A stretch of 42,794 nt of DNA. Origin: Octopus sinensis (Eukaryota). The notes beneath the pieces are model-generated. The model searched no databases. It had not been told where the DNA came from and saw nothing but the letters and a program-made list of their open reading frames with translations. A program made the translations under genes and the position numbers. The stretch spans positions 1 through 42,794 of the forward strand of contig NW_021835261.1 of assembly GCF_006345805.1 (NCBI RefSeq), given 5' to 3'. How positions within the stretch are numbered: position 1 is the stretch's first letter; each line of letters opens with the position of its first letter. This document shows positions 1 to 13,870 of the stretch, piece after piece.

Positions 1-420
1 AACTGTCCGCAAATTAGTTTCATGCTGGACAGATCTAAGAACATTCAATGCCGCATTTCGCCCATATTTCACCAACATTTTACACATTTAAATTCATTTT
101 CATTTGTAAAAAATTTCTTTACCGAGTCGTCGCATCGCATCGGCGGAACCGCTGACAAGGCATTTGCATGGTTCATTTTTCTTATTCTTGTTTTTCTTTC
201 ATTAATAACTTTGGTGGTGGTGTTGATGGTGGATTTTCTGTTGTTACTAACGGTAGTGGTGGAGGTGGCAGTGTACTCTCTAGTGCTGTTGCTTTTTGCT
301 CTCATTGATCTCTTGTTGTTCATGTGATGGTGATGATGGTACGGAAAGCAACGGAAAGTTACTTTCACGCATTTCACGGAGCTGTATTGTTTTTGTTGTT
401 GTTTTTGCTGCTACTTCATA

Positions 421-576
421 GGCGCAGGAGTGGCTGTGTGGTCAGTAGCCACATGGTTCCGGGTTCAATCCCACTGCGTGGAACCTTGGGCAAGTGTCTT
501 CTACTATAGCTTCGGGCTGACCAAAGTCTAGTGAGTGGATTTGGTAGACGGAAACTGAAAGAAGCCTGTATATATG

Positions 577-607
<31 letters not shown>

Positions 608-836
608 TTTGTGTGTGTGTGTGTGGGTATGTTTGTGTGTCTGTGTTTGTCCCCCCAACATCGCTTGACAACTGATGCTGGTGTGTTTACGTCCCCGTAA
701 CTTAGCGGTTCGACAAAAAAAACGATAGAATAAGTACTAGGCTTACAAAGTCCTGGGGTTGATTTCTTCGACTAAAGGTGGTGCTCCAGCATGGCCGCAA
801 TCAAATGACTGAAACAAGTAAAAGAGTAAAAGAGTA
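421..836 (+). mobile_element. SINE-A, full length (tRNA-derived head, internal (AT)n(GT)n, right module, (GTAAAAGA)n tail)
   Basis: A-box-like TGGCTGTGTGG and B box GGGTTCAATCCC. About 13 related copies in the window. Ends GACTGAAACAAGTAAAAGAGTAAAAGAGTA. Confidence 0.9.
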
Positions 837-1220
837 CTCCTGTTGTTGTTACTGCTGCTGATATTGTCACTGACTTTTACAATTAAGCTGTTTGGCTGTT
901 CTTTTCAGCAGATGAACAACCCTCGTCCAACATCTTTCTTTTTTTGAACCAAAAATTGATGGGTGTGCTAGGCTAAGCAATGTACAATTTAGTCCCTTTA
1001 GCCTACAGATGAAGAAAAATTAACCAGCTCCCTAAGTTCCTGGTTAGTTTATCAATATAACTATAAGAAATGAACAATATATAACTTAGTGTAACAAATT
1101 GAATAACAACAAAATTACGGGTGTGATGTGCAATACGTATCGATAGACGAACAACAATAACAACGACGACGACGCCGACGACGATGAGGGTGATGATGAT
1201 GATGAGGGTGATGATGATGG

Positions 1221-1263
<43 letters not shown>

Positions 1264-1281
1264 TAAATAATAGGAAAAAGG

Positions 1282-1850
1282 AATAGCCTGAAGCAGCACC
1301 ATGCACTGGCCCTCATGGCTTTTGCTCTTAACTGGTTCAAAGTGTTATCATGTACATTGATTTGTCTTGGTATAAAAGATGGGCTACAGCAAATATTCTG
1401 CTCAATTCCACAGATTTGCTTGTCAGTTGTTTGACTTAACTAGTTGAGCGTGTCCCTTAGTGGCTGACGATATGTGCATCTCTGATCACGAGCATAAGTA
1501 GTGGGGGAGCATCATAGCCATGTGTCGAGAGGAATTCTTTGGGTTTGAATAACTCACCTCTAGAAACATGGATGTTTTACCCAACATCCTTAAACAACCC
1601 TTATTCAGGGACCATTTGAGCGGGATGGGCTACTCGACCTGAAGAAAATTCTAACAGGGCTCTGCCTGTAAGGTCATGCGCTGTTTATCTTGATATAAGA
1701 TTACCATGTCGCGCACATATGGTTGTGATGCATGTGTCTGGCGTACTCTTATCAGACGGGGTGTCATGACGGGTATACTGGGCTTCGTATATTTGTACTC
1801 CAGTTCACTTTGATGGCATTCGCTGCTCTCTCACACAATAATATTAATAA
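1282..1850 (+). mobile_element. ~560-bp interspersed element, copy 1
   Basis: Colinear over its whole length with the reverse complement of 31371-31926. Ends CTCTCTCACACAATAAT. Confidence 0.85.
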
Positions 1851-1867
1851 TACTAATTGTGGGTGAT

Positions 1868-2035
1868 GTACGTAGAAGGTCAGAATTTTGGGGAGAGGAT
1901 GGTTCGTTGATACCATTGCCATCAGTTATTGACTGATATTCTATTTTATCAATTTCGAGAGGAAGAAAATCAAAGTCGACTCTGGGTGGGAATCGAACTC
2001 AGAACGTAAAGTGCCAAAACAAATACCATCAAGCG
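1868..2035 (-). mobile_element. SINE-B, degenerate
   Basis: CAAAGTCGACTCTGGGTGGGAATCGAACTCAGAACGTAA matches the other SINE-B copies. Confidence 0.6.
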
Positions 2036-2455
2036 TAATAATAAACCAATATTATTTTCGTTCCTATATTTTAAATAAAATCTTTTTGTATAGATATACA
2101 TAAAACAAAAAAAAAAAGCAAAAAAAAAACAGCGAGATAAAAAAATCAGTGAGTTCATTAAATTTCTATACTTTTATTGTGTTTGCAAAAACTAAACAAA
2201 AACTAAACAACAAACAACTAACACAAACAAGAAATAAGAAAATTATGTTTAAACACTATAAACTGCTATTAACTAGTTGACCTTTTAGCTGGGATAAATA
2301 AAATTGTAAACTGAAATACATTTTATATTGCTTTCATTCTGCGTATAAACATAAAATTGTCTTTAATATCCTAGCTATAAAATATGTTTTCTTTTTTGAT
2401 ATAGATGTATCAAAATTATGTGAACCTTTCAGCGGTTATAAAGTGAGGGACGGAA

Positions 2456-2716
2456 GGCGGCGAGCTGGCAGAAACGTTAGCACGCCGGGCGAAATGCGTA
2501 GCCGTATTTCGTCTGCCGTTACGTTGTGAGTTCAAATTCCGCCCAGGTCGACTTTGCCTTTCATCCTTTCGGGGTCGATTAAATAAGTACCAGTTACGCA
2601 CAGGGGTCGATGTAATCGACTTAATCCGTTTGTTTGTCTTTGTTTGTCCCCTCTATGTTTTTCCCCCTTTGGGCAATAAAGAAATATAGATACCAGTTAT
2701 GCACTGAAATGCTTCT
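2456..2716 (+). mobile_element. SINE-B (tRNA-derived)
   Basis: A-box-like TGGCAGAAACGTT, B box GAGTTCAAATTCC, body GTCGACTTTGCCTTTCATCCTTTCGGGGTCGAT. The 3' end repeats an internal segment (ACCAGTTATGCACTG). Confidence 0.9.
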
Positions 2717-2912
2717 AGGTTTGAGGGCATCACGAAAGGGTTGGTTGGAGGCCCAGCCTTCCGTGTTCTTTTACAGGGCTTGGAAAAACTGAAAGGCCGC
2801 TGTAATAAGTGTGTGAATCTCAGAAGGGGAATATGTTAAATAAAATCATAATTAACTGATTCTCCTGTTTTTTGTTTTACGCAAAGCCATGAACTTTTCA
2901 GCCGGCCTCGTG
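2717..2912 (+). mobile_element. mariner 3' fragment with right TIR
   Basis: Frameshifted WLEAQPSVFF/QGLEKLKGRCNKCVNL resembles the mariner C-terminus. The end GAACTTTTCAGCCGGCCTCG(TG) reverse-complements to a CGAGG..CTGAAAAGTTC-type TIR. Confidence 0.65.
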
Positions 2913-2918
2913 CATATT

Positions 2919-3168
2919 GGCGCAGGCGTGGCTGTGTGGTAAGAAACTTGCTTCAAAGCTACATGGTTCCCGGTTCAATCTCACTGCGTGGCACCGAGGG
3001 CAAGTGTCATTTACTATAGTCTCGGACCGACCAAAACCTTGTGAGTGGATTTGGTAGATGGAAACTGAAAGAAGCCCGTTGTATATGTGTGTGCGTGAAT
3101 GTATGTGTGCGTGTTTGTGTGTGCATTTGTGTGTGTGTGTGTATGTGTGCGTGCGTTTTGTCCCCCAC
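2919..3168 (+). mobile_element. SINE-A, 5' half
   Basis: GGCGCAGGCGTGGCTGTGTGGTAAG head. Truncated at TTTGTCCCCCACC. Confidence 0.85.
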
Positions 3169-3359
3169 CGCGTGGTTTTAGATCTGCACAGTGCGCAGTC
3201 ACATGGCAGAAATGGTGGAGAGGGATTACTGAAAGAAATTGTGTCACACAAACATAGAACACTTCTATGGAAAACAAGAAGTATTGAGAGGATAAGTAAG
3301 AAGAGGGAGAGGATGAGAAGGAAGAGGAAGTGTAGGAAACGGAATAAGTGGAAAAGGTT

Positions 3360-3720
3360 GCGTTTGTGATGGTGTTTATGGTAGAGATGGAGAAAATGAA
3401 AGAGAAGGAGATAGAGGAAGAGGAGGAAGAGGAGGAGGAGAAGAAGAAGAAAAAGAAGAAGAAGAAGAAGAAGAAGAAGAGGGAAATGAAGATGAGAAGA
3501 AGAAGAAGAAGAAGAAGAAGAAGAAGAAGAAACTGACGGAGAGGAAAAGAAGAAAAAGATGACGATGAGGATGAAGAAGAAAAAGGAGGGAAGAAATTGA
3601 AGAAAAAAAAGAGCGCGGTGAAGAAGAGGAGAAAGGTGAGAAGGAAGGGAGAGGGAGAAAAGAAGAAGAAGAAGAAGAAGAAGAGGAAGGGAGTTAGAAC
3701 AACAATAACGACAACATCAC

Positions 3721-3761
<41 letters not shown>

Positions 3762-3780
3762 ATAACAACGGCAATGATAA
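3360..3780. repeat. (GAA)n/(GAG)n/(ATC)n microsatellite complex
   Basis: Direct reading. Confidence 0.95.
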
Positions 3781-4019
3781 ATAATTGCTGACACAACATT
3801 TTGGTTTCCATCTCTGAAGATAGATAACAACCGTAATTTTCAAGAAAGAAAGAAAGTAAGAAAGTATGAAAGAAAAGCAAACAATTATAATAAAATTGAT
3901 AAATATTTAAATTTAAAAAAAAAAAGAGAGAGAAAAGAAAAGAACTTTCACAAAAGGCCATTGTCTAGTTTACATTTTTTTTCTTCTCGCCTTTAATGGC
4001 AGGAGAGTTCTATTCTCGT

Positions 4020-4630
4020 GGAGTTTTCAATGTATACTCTCTCTCTCTCACTCTCTCTCTCCTCTCTCTCTCTCGGCCCTCTCTCTCTCTCCTCTCATCT
4101 CTCTCTCTCTCTCTCTCTCGAATCTCTCTCCTCTCTCCTTCTGTCTCCATCTCTCCTCGATAGATCTCTCTCTAATCTCCTCTCTCTCTCTGAGGTATGA
4201 ATCAAAATCTCTCTCCTCTCTCCTCTCTCACATCTCCTCTCTCCCACTCTCTAATTCTCACATCCTCTCTCTCTCTTCTCCTTCTCTCTCTCGCCCATGT
4301 CTCCTCTTCTTCTCTCTTCTCTTATCTCTCTGCATCGTCTCTCCTCTCACTACTCTCTCCTCCTCCTCTCTCTCATTGCCCATCTCTCTCTTCTTCGCTT
4401 TCTCTCCTCTTCCTCAATCCATCTCCCTGCTTCTCCTCTCACTCCGCACTCTCCCTCTCTCCGCTCCTCCTCCATCTCTCTCTCTCTCCTCGGTCTCTCC
4501 CACCCCCTCGCTTCTCTCTCACTCTCTCTCTCTCTCACTCCTCATCTCACTCACTCTCTTCTCCTCATCCCTCGTCTCTCTCCTCTCTCTCATCTTCCTC
4601 TCGTCCCTCCCTCCTCTCTCTCTCTCGCTC
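4020..4630. repeat. degenerate (CT)n tract, ~600 bp
   Basis: Direct reading. Indel-rich, possibly poorly polished long-read consensus. Confidence 0.95.
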
Positions 4631-4779
4631 ATTTGATTAATGTTTGATTATCTATCAAGCTCCGTAAGTGATCATCATGTTTATAATAAACGCATCTCGG
4701 TTGTCGTAATGCCAACTGTGCGACCTCATCTTCATCTCTCTTCCCTCTTATAAAACCGCCACCACCAGCCGCCATCAAC

Positions 4780-5830
<1,051 letters not shown>

Positions 5831-6184
5831 TACTAGTGCTTACCTTTTCTGTCTCCTTTTCTCTCTCCCCTTTCTCTCTCGCGCTCTTTTCCCTCTGTTC
5901 TTCGTCGCTCTGATCTCCTCCCCTCCGACGCTCTCTCTCGCCTTCTCTCTCTCCTCCTCCTCTCTCGTCTCGTTCTCTCTCTTCTCTCTTTTCGATCACC
6001 CGCTGCCTTATATTCAAAGGCATGCTTTAACTCTCTTTTTCACGTGCTTATGTTTGTGTCGAAGAGAGGGGGAGAGAGAGAAGGAGAGAGAGAGAGAAAG
6101 AGGGAGAGAGAGAGAGGATGACAGAGAAAAAGCTTGTGCGTGTACACGCATATATACTGAAAAATACTTTATATAGAGTTAAAG

Positions 6185-6655
6185 GCCTATGCATGTACAT
6201 GTAAGTGTGCATGTGTATATATGGGTGCATGTATATGTATATATATGTGTGTGTATATATATGTGTGTCTATATATATATGTGTGTGTGGCGTATGTGTA
6301 TGTATGTGTGTGTATATGTATATATGCGCGTGTGTATATATATATGTGTTTGTATATATGTGTGTGTGTATATATCTATAAGTGTATATGTGAGTGTATA
6401 TGTATATATATGTGTGCATGTATATGTGTGTATATATATATATTTATATATATATGTATGTGTATATATATATATGTGTGTGTGTATGTGTGTATGTGTA
6501 TATGTGTGTGTGTGTGTGCATGTGTGTGTATGTGTGCATAGCATATGTATATACACACGTCTATCTCTATATACGCATAATTATATATATATATATATGT
6601 ATGCATGTGTGTATGCATACATGTATGTATGTATGTATGTATATGTGTGTGTATG
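6185..6655. repeat. (AT)n/(GT)n mosaic
   Basis: Direct reading. Confidence 0.95.
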
Positions 6656-7110
6656 GGGGAGCTACCTTGTCTGTTTATAGATCTATAACTACATTTTCCT
6701 ATCTGTCCTTTCCTACTTTATAGTGGCTACGAATGTGATCTGAGAGAATACTCGCTGCTATTTTCAGCGAATTATATGCGAATATATGTCAGCACCCTAT
6801 TGACAAAAATTGCAAATGAACATTTTCCCCCACCATCTTTCATTCTTACAGTTTGTCTATTTATCTTATATTTTCCTGTTTTCAGAGTAGCAGCTGAACG
6901 AACAGGCTAGTTTATTTCATTACCTCAACGCAGTATTTGTCTTTAAAGGCAGTGGGAATTATGATTGATATAGCAACGAAGAATTGTTCAAGGCAAGGTT
7001 TTTTTCGGCCACATAGTAAAGGAATCGATGAGTTACCATCGTAAACATTAGACTGTATGTTATACAAGTTCCACGACTTCTATATCCCGCCTCTCTTTCT
7101 AAGTGTAGTT

Positions 7111-7705
7111 GCAGGCGTGGGTGTGTGGTAAGAAACTTGCTTCCCAACCACATGGCTCCAGTTCAGTCCTACTGCGTGGCACTTTTGGCAAGTGTCTTTT
7201 ACTATAACCCTCGAGTGAAATGACTGAAACAAAAAGAAAAAATAATATATTATATATATATTATATATATATATATATAATATATATATTTATTTATTTA
7301 TTTATAATATAAATATATCTATATATAAATAGATGAGTGTATTTTACCTTGTTAACAATTAACTCCATTTTTTATTCCTATATATTATATATATATATAC
7401 ACAAATACATACATACACATGTATATACGTATATATGTATGTGTGTCTGTCTTTGTTCCCCCTACTGCTGGACAATCAGTGTTGGTTTGTTTACGTCCCC
7501 AAACGTAGCGGTTCGACAAAGAGACCGATAAAATAAGCAGCTGACTTGAAACCCTACCAAAAGTACTGGTGCTAAAAAAAAAAATACGTAAACACTGCGG
7601 TCGATTTGTTGGACGAAAAAAACCCTTCAAGGTGGTGCCCCAGCATGGCCGTATTCCAATAACTGAAACGAATCAGAAAAAGATAAAAGCTAGAAGATAA
7701 AAGAC
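7111..7705 (+). mobile_element. SINE-A pieces (deleted head 7111-7240, right module 7441-7705)
   Basis: Head GCAGGCGTGGGTGTGTGGTAAG and right module GGTGGTGCCCCAGCATGGCCG. Confidence 0.75.
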
Positions 7706-7789
7706 GCAAAGATAAGAGCTTAGTGTTGCTAGAATTTAAATGCCAAACTCGGGTGAATCGATATGTCTTGTCCGTCCCTTTGGCACCAT

Positions 7790-7962
7790 AAAATCCATTG
7801 TGAAGAATTCTTTGATACAGGAATAATTTTCGAAGCAGTTGTTGTTCAGTTTTAGTTCGCTAGAAAAGACTGTTAAGTCTTTCAAATTCCTGCACAGCAG
7901 GTGATGGAAAATCAAAGAACAAGCAACTTTTGGAAATTTTTAGAACTCTTTTAGCATCCTTG

Positions 7963-7995
<33 letters not shown>

Positions 7996-8125
7996 ATCTT
8001 GCATTAAATTTTTAATGGGTTGGTTCAAATAAGAATAAATAAGCCGTAAGCTCTCCTTTCCAGCTCGCAAAAATATGAAACGGTACTTTTAGCTTTCTAT
8101 CCACGCACACGAACCATTCAGCTGG
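7790..8125 (-). mobile_element. degenerate transposase fragment, probably hAT-like
   Basis: Broken minus frames give AWIES*KVPFHIFASWKGELTAYL and LFFDFPSPAVQEFERLNSLF*RT. These recall hAT RWL..W.EL..YF and F..P...EF...N..FQ segments (from memory). Confidence 0.35.
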
Positions 8126-8149
8126 TCTTTCATCTTCCATCTTTCATGA

Positions 8150-8386
8150 TTTATCTTTAATCTTTTGCTTGTTGTCAGTCTATGGACTTCGGCCATGCTG
8201 GGGCAACGACTTGAAGGGTTTTAATCAAACAAATCGACCCCGGTACTTTTCCCTTCCGTCTGCTACTCATGCTGCTGTTCTCGTTTGCCTCAACCCCTCA
8301 GTTACGGGGACATAAACAAATCGACACTGATTGTCAAGCGGTGGGGTGTGTAGGGCAAAGCAGACACAAACACACTCACACAAACA

Positions 8387-8438
<52 letters not shown>

Positions 8439-8597
8439 TATCGATATATATAAACAACGGATTTACGCATAAATTTCGTTTACCAAATTCTGCTATAGTC
8501 TGGAGCTAGAGCAGAAGACACTTGCTCAAGGTGCCACACAGTGGGACTGAACCCGAAACCACATGGCTGCAAAGCGAGTGCCTAAACCGCACAACCT
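8150..8597 (-). mobile_element. SINE-A
   Basis: Reverse complement of head and right module around an internal (CA)n. Confidence 0.8.
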
Positions 8598-8699
8598 CTT
8601 TCTTACATCCTTATCTTAATCCGTCTTCGCCAATTACGAAGTATTGTGGTGTTATATAACACTAAGCTGCCGCGACCAAATGTTCTTTTATTCGTCAAT

Positions 8700-8923
8700 T
8701 CTCAAATGCTGTTATTTTTCAACGGCCGTTAAAATGTATATTTTATGTTTCTAGTTAAATGAACCGAATGAACAATTATTCTCATTTTAGTGTAAGACGA
8801 GCTTGAAGCATTTGAAGAATTGTTGAACAGAAGAACATTATTTACATTATTTACATTTGACGGATATTTGTCCTCATCTTGTTTGTTGTTAACACAACGT
8901 TTCGGCTGATATACTCTCCAGCC
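8700..8923 (-). mobile_element. Penelope-like terminal-repeat fragment with the 3' half of a hammerhead
   Basis: Minus strand GGCTG-GAGAGTATAT-CAGCC-GAAA-CG-TT gives stem II, GAAA and palindromic ACGT. The CUGANGA box is missing. Confidence 0.5.
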
Positions 8924-9147
8924 ACGCACCCAAATTGCTGGCCTTGTGCCAAAATTAGGAAGGATTCTATTGTTATTTTTCTATTGTTATTTTACTTCAG
9001 TTTAGTATGATATTGTGAACTTAACATGTAGCAACCAAATATTATTTATCGTTGATTGTTCCTTAACGCTATCACAAACCACACAAATCACTCGTCGAGC
9101 AAAATTAATCTGAGTTAACAACAGGGAAAAGGTGAGACAATCTCAGC

Positions 9148-10202
9148 TAGCGCTGGATTAACGCTTCAGCAAAATAAACACGTGCTTAGAGAAATTGTAA
9201 ATAGTTTACGGCACATTAGAAATCGTTTTAAACTTGCTAAAATAAATATTATTGAGTGTGCCTTTCCAAATGTAAACATTACCTTTCGTATATTTTTAAC
9301 CTTAATTGCCACAAATTGCTGAGCTAAGCGTTTATTTTCTCAGTTGAACTATATTAAAGATCTCATGAAAACAACTGTGCCACAAGGCAGGCTGGATGCT
9401 TTATTTTTACTAAGAAGAGAAGCAGATGCGCTACGTAAGATTAATTTTGAAGATCTTTTCAAAGACTTTGCAATTAAAGAAAATTGGAGAAAACTTTTCA
9501 AATATAACTAAAATGGAAGTGCCGTAAGTCCTCGAGTATAGTCCGCCCTTGAGTATAGTACGCAGGGGATTTTTAGGGGGCTGTATCTCTGTAAAACCTA
9601 AACCGTGTGTATAATACTCACCCCTTCTCTAACTTGAGTCAAGGAGGTCTATATAACGTCCTTGGTTTATAAAAATGTATACGGTAACGTCCTTTATTAT
9701 TATTGTATATATAACATAATGCAAACGTGTAGCTTTTTTGTGCATTTTGTTTGCAGAAAATAAAGAAATAACAGTAATAACGTTTAATAAATGTTGCTTA
9801 TTGCAAGTTATAGATGATTCTTTTATGACTTCATTGCTTTCAGGCTTAGCTTAAGGTATTTTCGCGCCCGACATCACAAAATGCGTCTGAATAAACATTG
9901 TCGGACAGCAAATAGAGTCTCGGACATAGCTTAGAAAATAATTTTCATTTTTAACCTCGTATATAGTACGCACTAGGAATTTTGACCTTTAAATTTTGGG
10001 AAAAAAGTGCGGATTATACTCGAGGATTTACGGTATACAAAAATAAACATTATTTTCCATCCAGCTGTAAGTTTTGTTTCATTTTGAAAAATAAAAATTT
10101 ATTGTATGGTTTATTGTTGTTTATATTTTGGATTACATATATGTGGGGGCACTAAAACCTTTTAAGTGCTTAGGGCCTCTATGGGTCGTAAATCCGACCG
10201 TG
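9148..10202 (+). mobile_element. internally deleted hAT element (C-terminal dimerisation-domain relic)
   Basis: 9239-9511 reads ECAFPNVNITFRIFLTLIATNC*AKRLFSQLNYIK...GRLDALFLL...INFEDLFKDFA. Imperfect TIRs TAGCGCTGGATTAACG / CGTAAATCCGACCGTG. 8-bp TSD ATCTCAGC (9140-47) / GTCTCAGC (10203-10). Confidence 0.85.
9522..10033. mobile_element. non-autonomous Tc2/pogo-type element nested in the hAT
   Basis: TIRs CCGTAAGTCCTCGAGTATAGTCCGC / GCGGATTATACTCGAGGATTTACGG. Flanks are TG (left) and TA (right). Confidence 0.8.
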
Positions 10203-10649
10203 GTCTCAGCAGGGATACCGACTATCAAAAGCTTTCCAATATTCCATTTGAGTGAGAGCAATCTGGCCTTTCCCCCCTCCCCCCATGTGCACTGGACTCT
10301 AGAACCGTCCCTCGAAGATAGAAGTTAGGTTATGACTTGAAAGAAAGAGTTGTCTGTTATTTCTAGCAGACTGAGCGACCAAAAACAAATTCCTTCGTTA
10401 ACTCGCGAGGTGGCTCTGTAACGGGTAGGGTAAGGGTAGATTTATTAATGAAATTTTGACACATCCTGCAAATAGAACACGCAAGAACTAATTGCTCTTA
10501 TCAGCTGTATATAGTTTTAGTTAGCATTTAAATAAAAAATGTTTTCTTTTATTTATTCATTTCATTTGTTTTATTTATTTATTTGTGTGCTTATTTATTT
10601 ATTTATTTTTTTGTCAATATTTCAAATTTTTTAATTACGCTTTCTTTTT

Positions 10650-11277
10650 CTCTCTTCTGTGTATATTACGTATGATATACCAGTGTTCACACACGCACGT
10701 GTTTGTATTGAACACACGCATCCACGCACACTTATAAATGTATATGTATGTTTATATATATTATATATACATTTTTACACACACACACATAAATATCTAT
10801 ATGTATGTATGCATATATATATATATATAAAATATGTATGTATACGTATGTATTTATATATATATACACACACATACATACATATCTACACACACATCAT
10901 GAATACATCCATATATATATATATATGTATGTATGTATGTATGTGTGTGGTATGTGTATGTATGTATATTAATATAAATAAAATGCATATATATATGTAT
11001 ATATATATATATGTCTATATGCGTGTGTATGAATGTGTATATGTACATATATATATATATATACACACACATACATACATATCTACACACACATCATGAA
11101 TACATCCATATAATATATATATGTATGTATGTATTATGTGTGTTTGTATGTATGTATGTATATTATATATAAATTAAAAATGCATATATATATGTATATA
11201 TATATATATGTCTATATGCGTGTGTATGAATGTGTATATGTACATATATATATATAATACACACATATACATATATA

Positions 11278-11315
<38 letters not shown>

Positions 11316-11710
11316 TAATATATATATATATAGTATGTATGGTATATATAGTAAATATGTATATTATATAAAAATGGCAATACATATAATAGATTACACA
11401 TATACATATGTATGTATATGTGTTTTGCGTGAGTGTAGACACACATACACATATATACGTATGGGTATGTATGTATGTATGTAAGTATGTATGTATGTAT
11501 GTATGTGTGTGTGTGCATACGTATCTATGTATATATCTGTGTGTGAATGTGTGTGTATGCGCGCGTGCATGTGTGCATAGTGCGTGCGTGTGTACAAACC
11601 ATGTTATTCAGATGTCAAGCACTGTTGAACAGGTAACTAGCTGCAACGATAAGCACGTGTGTGTGTTTGTGTGCGCGTGAGTATGAATGCCTGCCTGCCT
11701 GCCTGTCTGC
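10650..11710. repeat. (AT)/(GT)/(ATGT) mosaic containing a ~195-bp tandem duplication
   Basis: CATCATGAATACATCCATA and GTCTATATGCGTGTGTATGAATG each occur twice, ~195 bp apart. Confidence 0.85.
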
Positions 11711-11899
11711 TTGACTGTCTGTCAGTCTATCGGTGTGCCTGTGTGCCTCGTCTTGTATATGTTATCATGCCGCAACAAGGTTGCTTGCTGGTTAACTTTC
11801 TGTTAGATTAATTAAACAACTTGATACATGATGTATGAGGAACATCGATGTTTAACGCAGTTAAATGTGTGGCAGAAATTAAAATATATATGCTCGTTC

Positions 11900-12241
11900 C
11901 TCCCACCCCCCACCCCACCCACCCCACCCACACCCCTCATCTCCAACACCATCACCACCACCACCACGACCACCGCCGCCGCCACGACCGTCGTCACCAC
12001 CATCACGAGCACCATCGTCGCCAGCAACGCCACCAAAATGAAAAGTGGGCTTATTAGCAATAATAATAATAATAATAATAATGATAATAATAATAATAAT
12101 AATAATAATAGTAGTTGTGGTAGTTGTGGTGGTGGGTGGTGGTGGTGGTGGTAGTAGTAGTAGTAGTAGCAATGATAGCAATAGTAGTAATAATGAGGAA
12201 GATAGTGATAACAACAACAAGAGTAATAACAAAATGATGAA

Positions 12242-12274
<33 letters not shown>

Positions 12275-12364
12275 AATAATAATAACAATAAATTATAATA
12301 ACAACAACGACAATAACTGCAACGCGTACAACATCAATAATGATGACGGTGATGGTGGTGGTGG

Positions 12365-12416
<52 letters not shown>

Positions 12417-12559
12417 GGTGGTGGTGTTGGTGGTGATGATGATGATGATGATGATGATGACGTTGATGATGATGATGGTGGTGGTGGTGATGATGATAAT
12501 GATGATGGTGATGATGATGATGATGTTGAGGATGATGATAATGATTTATGAAATAGAGA

Positions 12560-12602
<43 letters not shown>

Positions 12603-12922
12603 AATATAAAAGCAAACAAAAACACAACGTAAGTGGAAATAAAATAAAATTGTAACATTTATAAAATTGAAAAATGTTGCAGAGAGGTGAAAAGAGGGGG
12701 AGAAAGATAAAATTCTGATGAAAAGAATTTGATTAACTTATCAGGAATTTAATACGTCAACAAAAAAATAATAAAATAAAATAAAATAAAATAAAATAAA
12801 ATAAAATAAAAAGTTTAAAAAATGAAGAAGAAGAAGAAAAAGATGATGATGAAGAAAAAAAACTTTAAAAAAGTAAAAATTTCTGATCATGATGACGATA
12901 ACGACGGCTGCGACAATGCTGT

Positions 12923-12972
<50 letters not shown>

Positions 12973-13169
12973 CTGCTGCTGTTGCTGTTGCTGTTGCTGT
13001 CGCTGCTGCCGTAATAGTGGTGTAATGGTGGTGATGATCACAATGATAAAGCTGGAGATGATGATGATGACATGATGACGATAACATGATAATGATGATA
13101 ACGATGGCGATGGTGGAGATGAGAAGTTGCAGATGATGATGATGATGATGATGATGGTGATGATGATGG

Positions 13170-13222
<53 letters not shown>

Positions 13223-13350
13223 ACGAAGACTTGATGGTGGCGGCGGCGGTGGCGATGAAGTTGAAGGTGATGACGATGATGACGATGACGACGTCGACGA
13301 CGACGACGACGACCATGACAGCGATGACAATGATGACGGTGATGACGCTG
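11900..13350. repeat. trinucleotide, (GA)n and (TAAAA)n microsatellite field
   Basis: Direct reading. Confidence 0.95.
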
Positions 13351-13529
13351 ATGTGATTATAAACGAGCAAAATGGTTATTTGAGAAGGGTGGCTTGGGAC
13401 CAGCGGTGTTCCTTGCCATTCGATGGCGTTTCATCTCTGTTGGAAAATTTGTTTGTTTGTTAGAAGTTGTTGTTGTTGTTGTTGTCGTCGTCGTTATTGT
13501 TTTACACGTTTCTGTGGAAATTCCCACTG

Positions 13530-13690
13530 GCCCTATGTTCTGTGTTCAAATGCTGTCGAGGGCGACTTTGCCTTTCATCACGTTTTGGGGGTCGATAGAA
13601 AAAAAAAAAAAAGAAAGTCGAACACTGGGATTGATGTAATCGATTGGTCTCCTACCTTCAAGTTTCAGGCCTTGTGCCTATAGCAGAAAG
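13530..13690 (+). mobile_element. SINE-B variant, 3' part
   Basis: GCGACTTTGCCTTTCATC...GGGGTCGAT...GGCCTTGTGCCTATAGCAGAAAGG tail. Confidence 0.65.
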
Positions 13691-13707
13691 GATCGTCGTC
13701 GTCGCCG

Positions 13708-13750
<43 letters not shown>

Positions 13751-13751
13751 T

Positions 13752-13784
<33 letters not shown>

Positions 13785-13828
13785 GTCGTCGTCATCATCA
13801 TCATCGTCATCATCATCATAATCATCAT

Positions 13829-13870
<42 letters not shown>

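Noticed and set aside
69-377. 102-aa minus ORF ending FKCVKCW
   Set aside because: Low complexity and no recognisable domain. Stops occur in all frames upstream even after removing SINE-A.
664-720. TTGACAA followed by a possible stem in the SINE-A right module
   Set aside because: Followed by CAAA rather than GAAA, stem II would start with a pyrimidine, and there is no stem I or III.
3170-3300. Exon-like patch (HCADLKP, kinase-like; PCDCALC)
   Set aside because: The motif is not a true H.DLKP loop and there is no other kinase sequence. Splice sites are weak or depend on the SINE end.
6886-6910. Strong splice acceptor TTTTCCTGTTTTCAG|AG
   Set aside because: Stops in all three frames within 25 nt and no convincing donor. 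It cannot be distinguished from a cryptic site.
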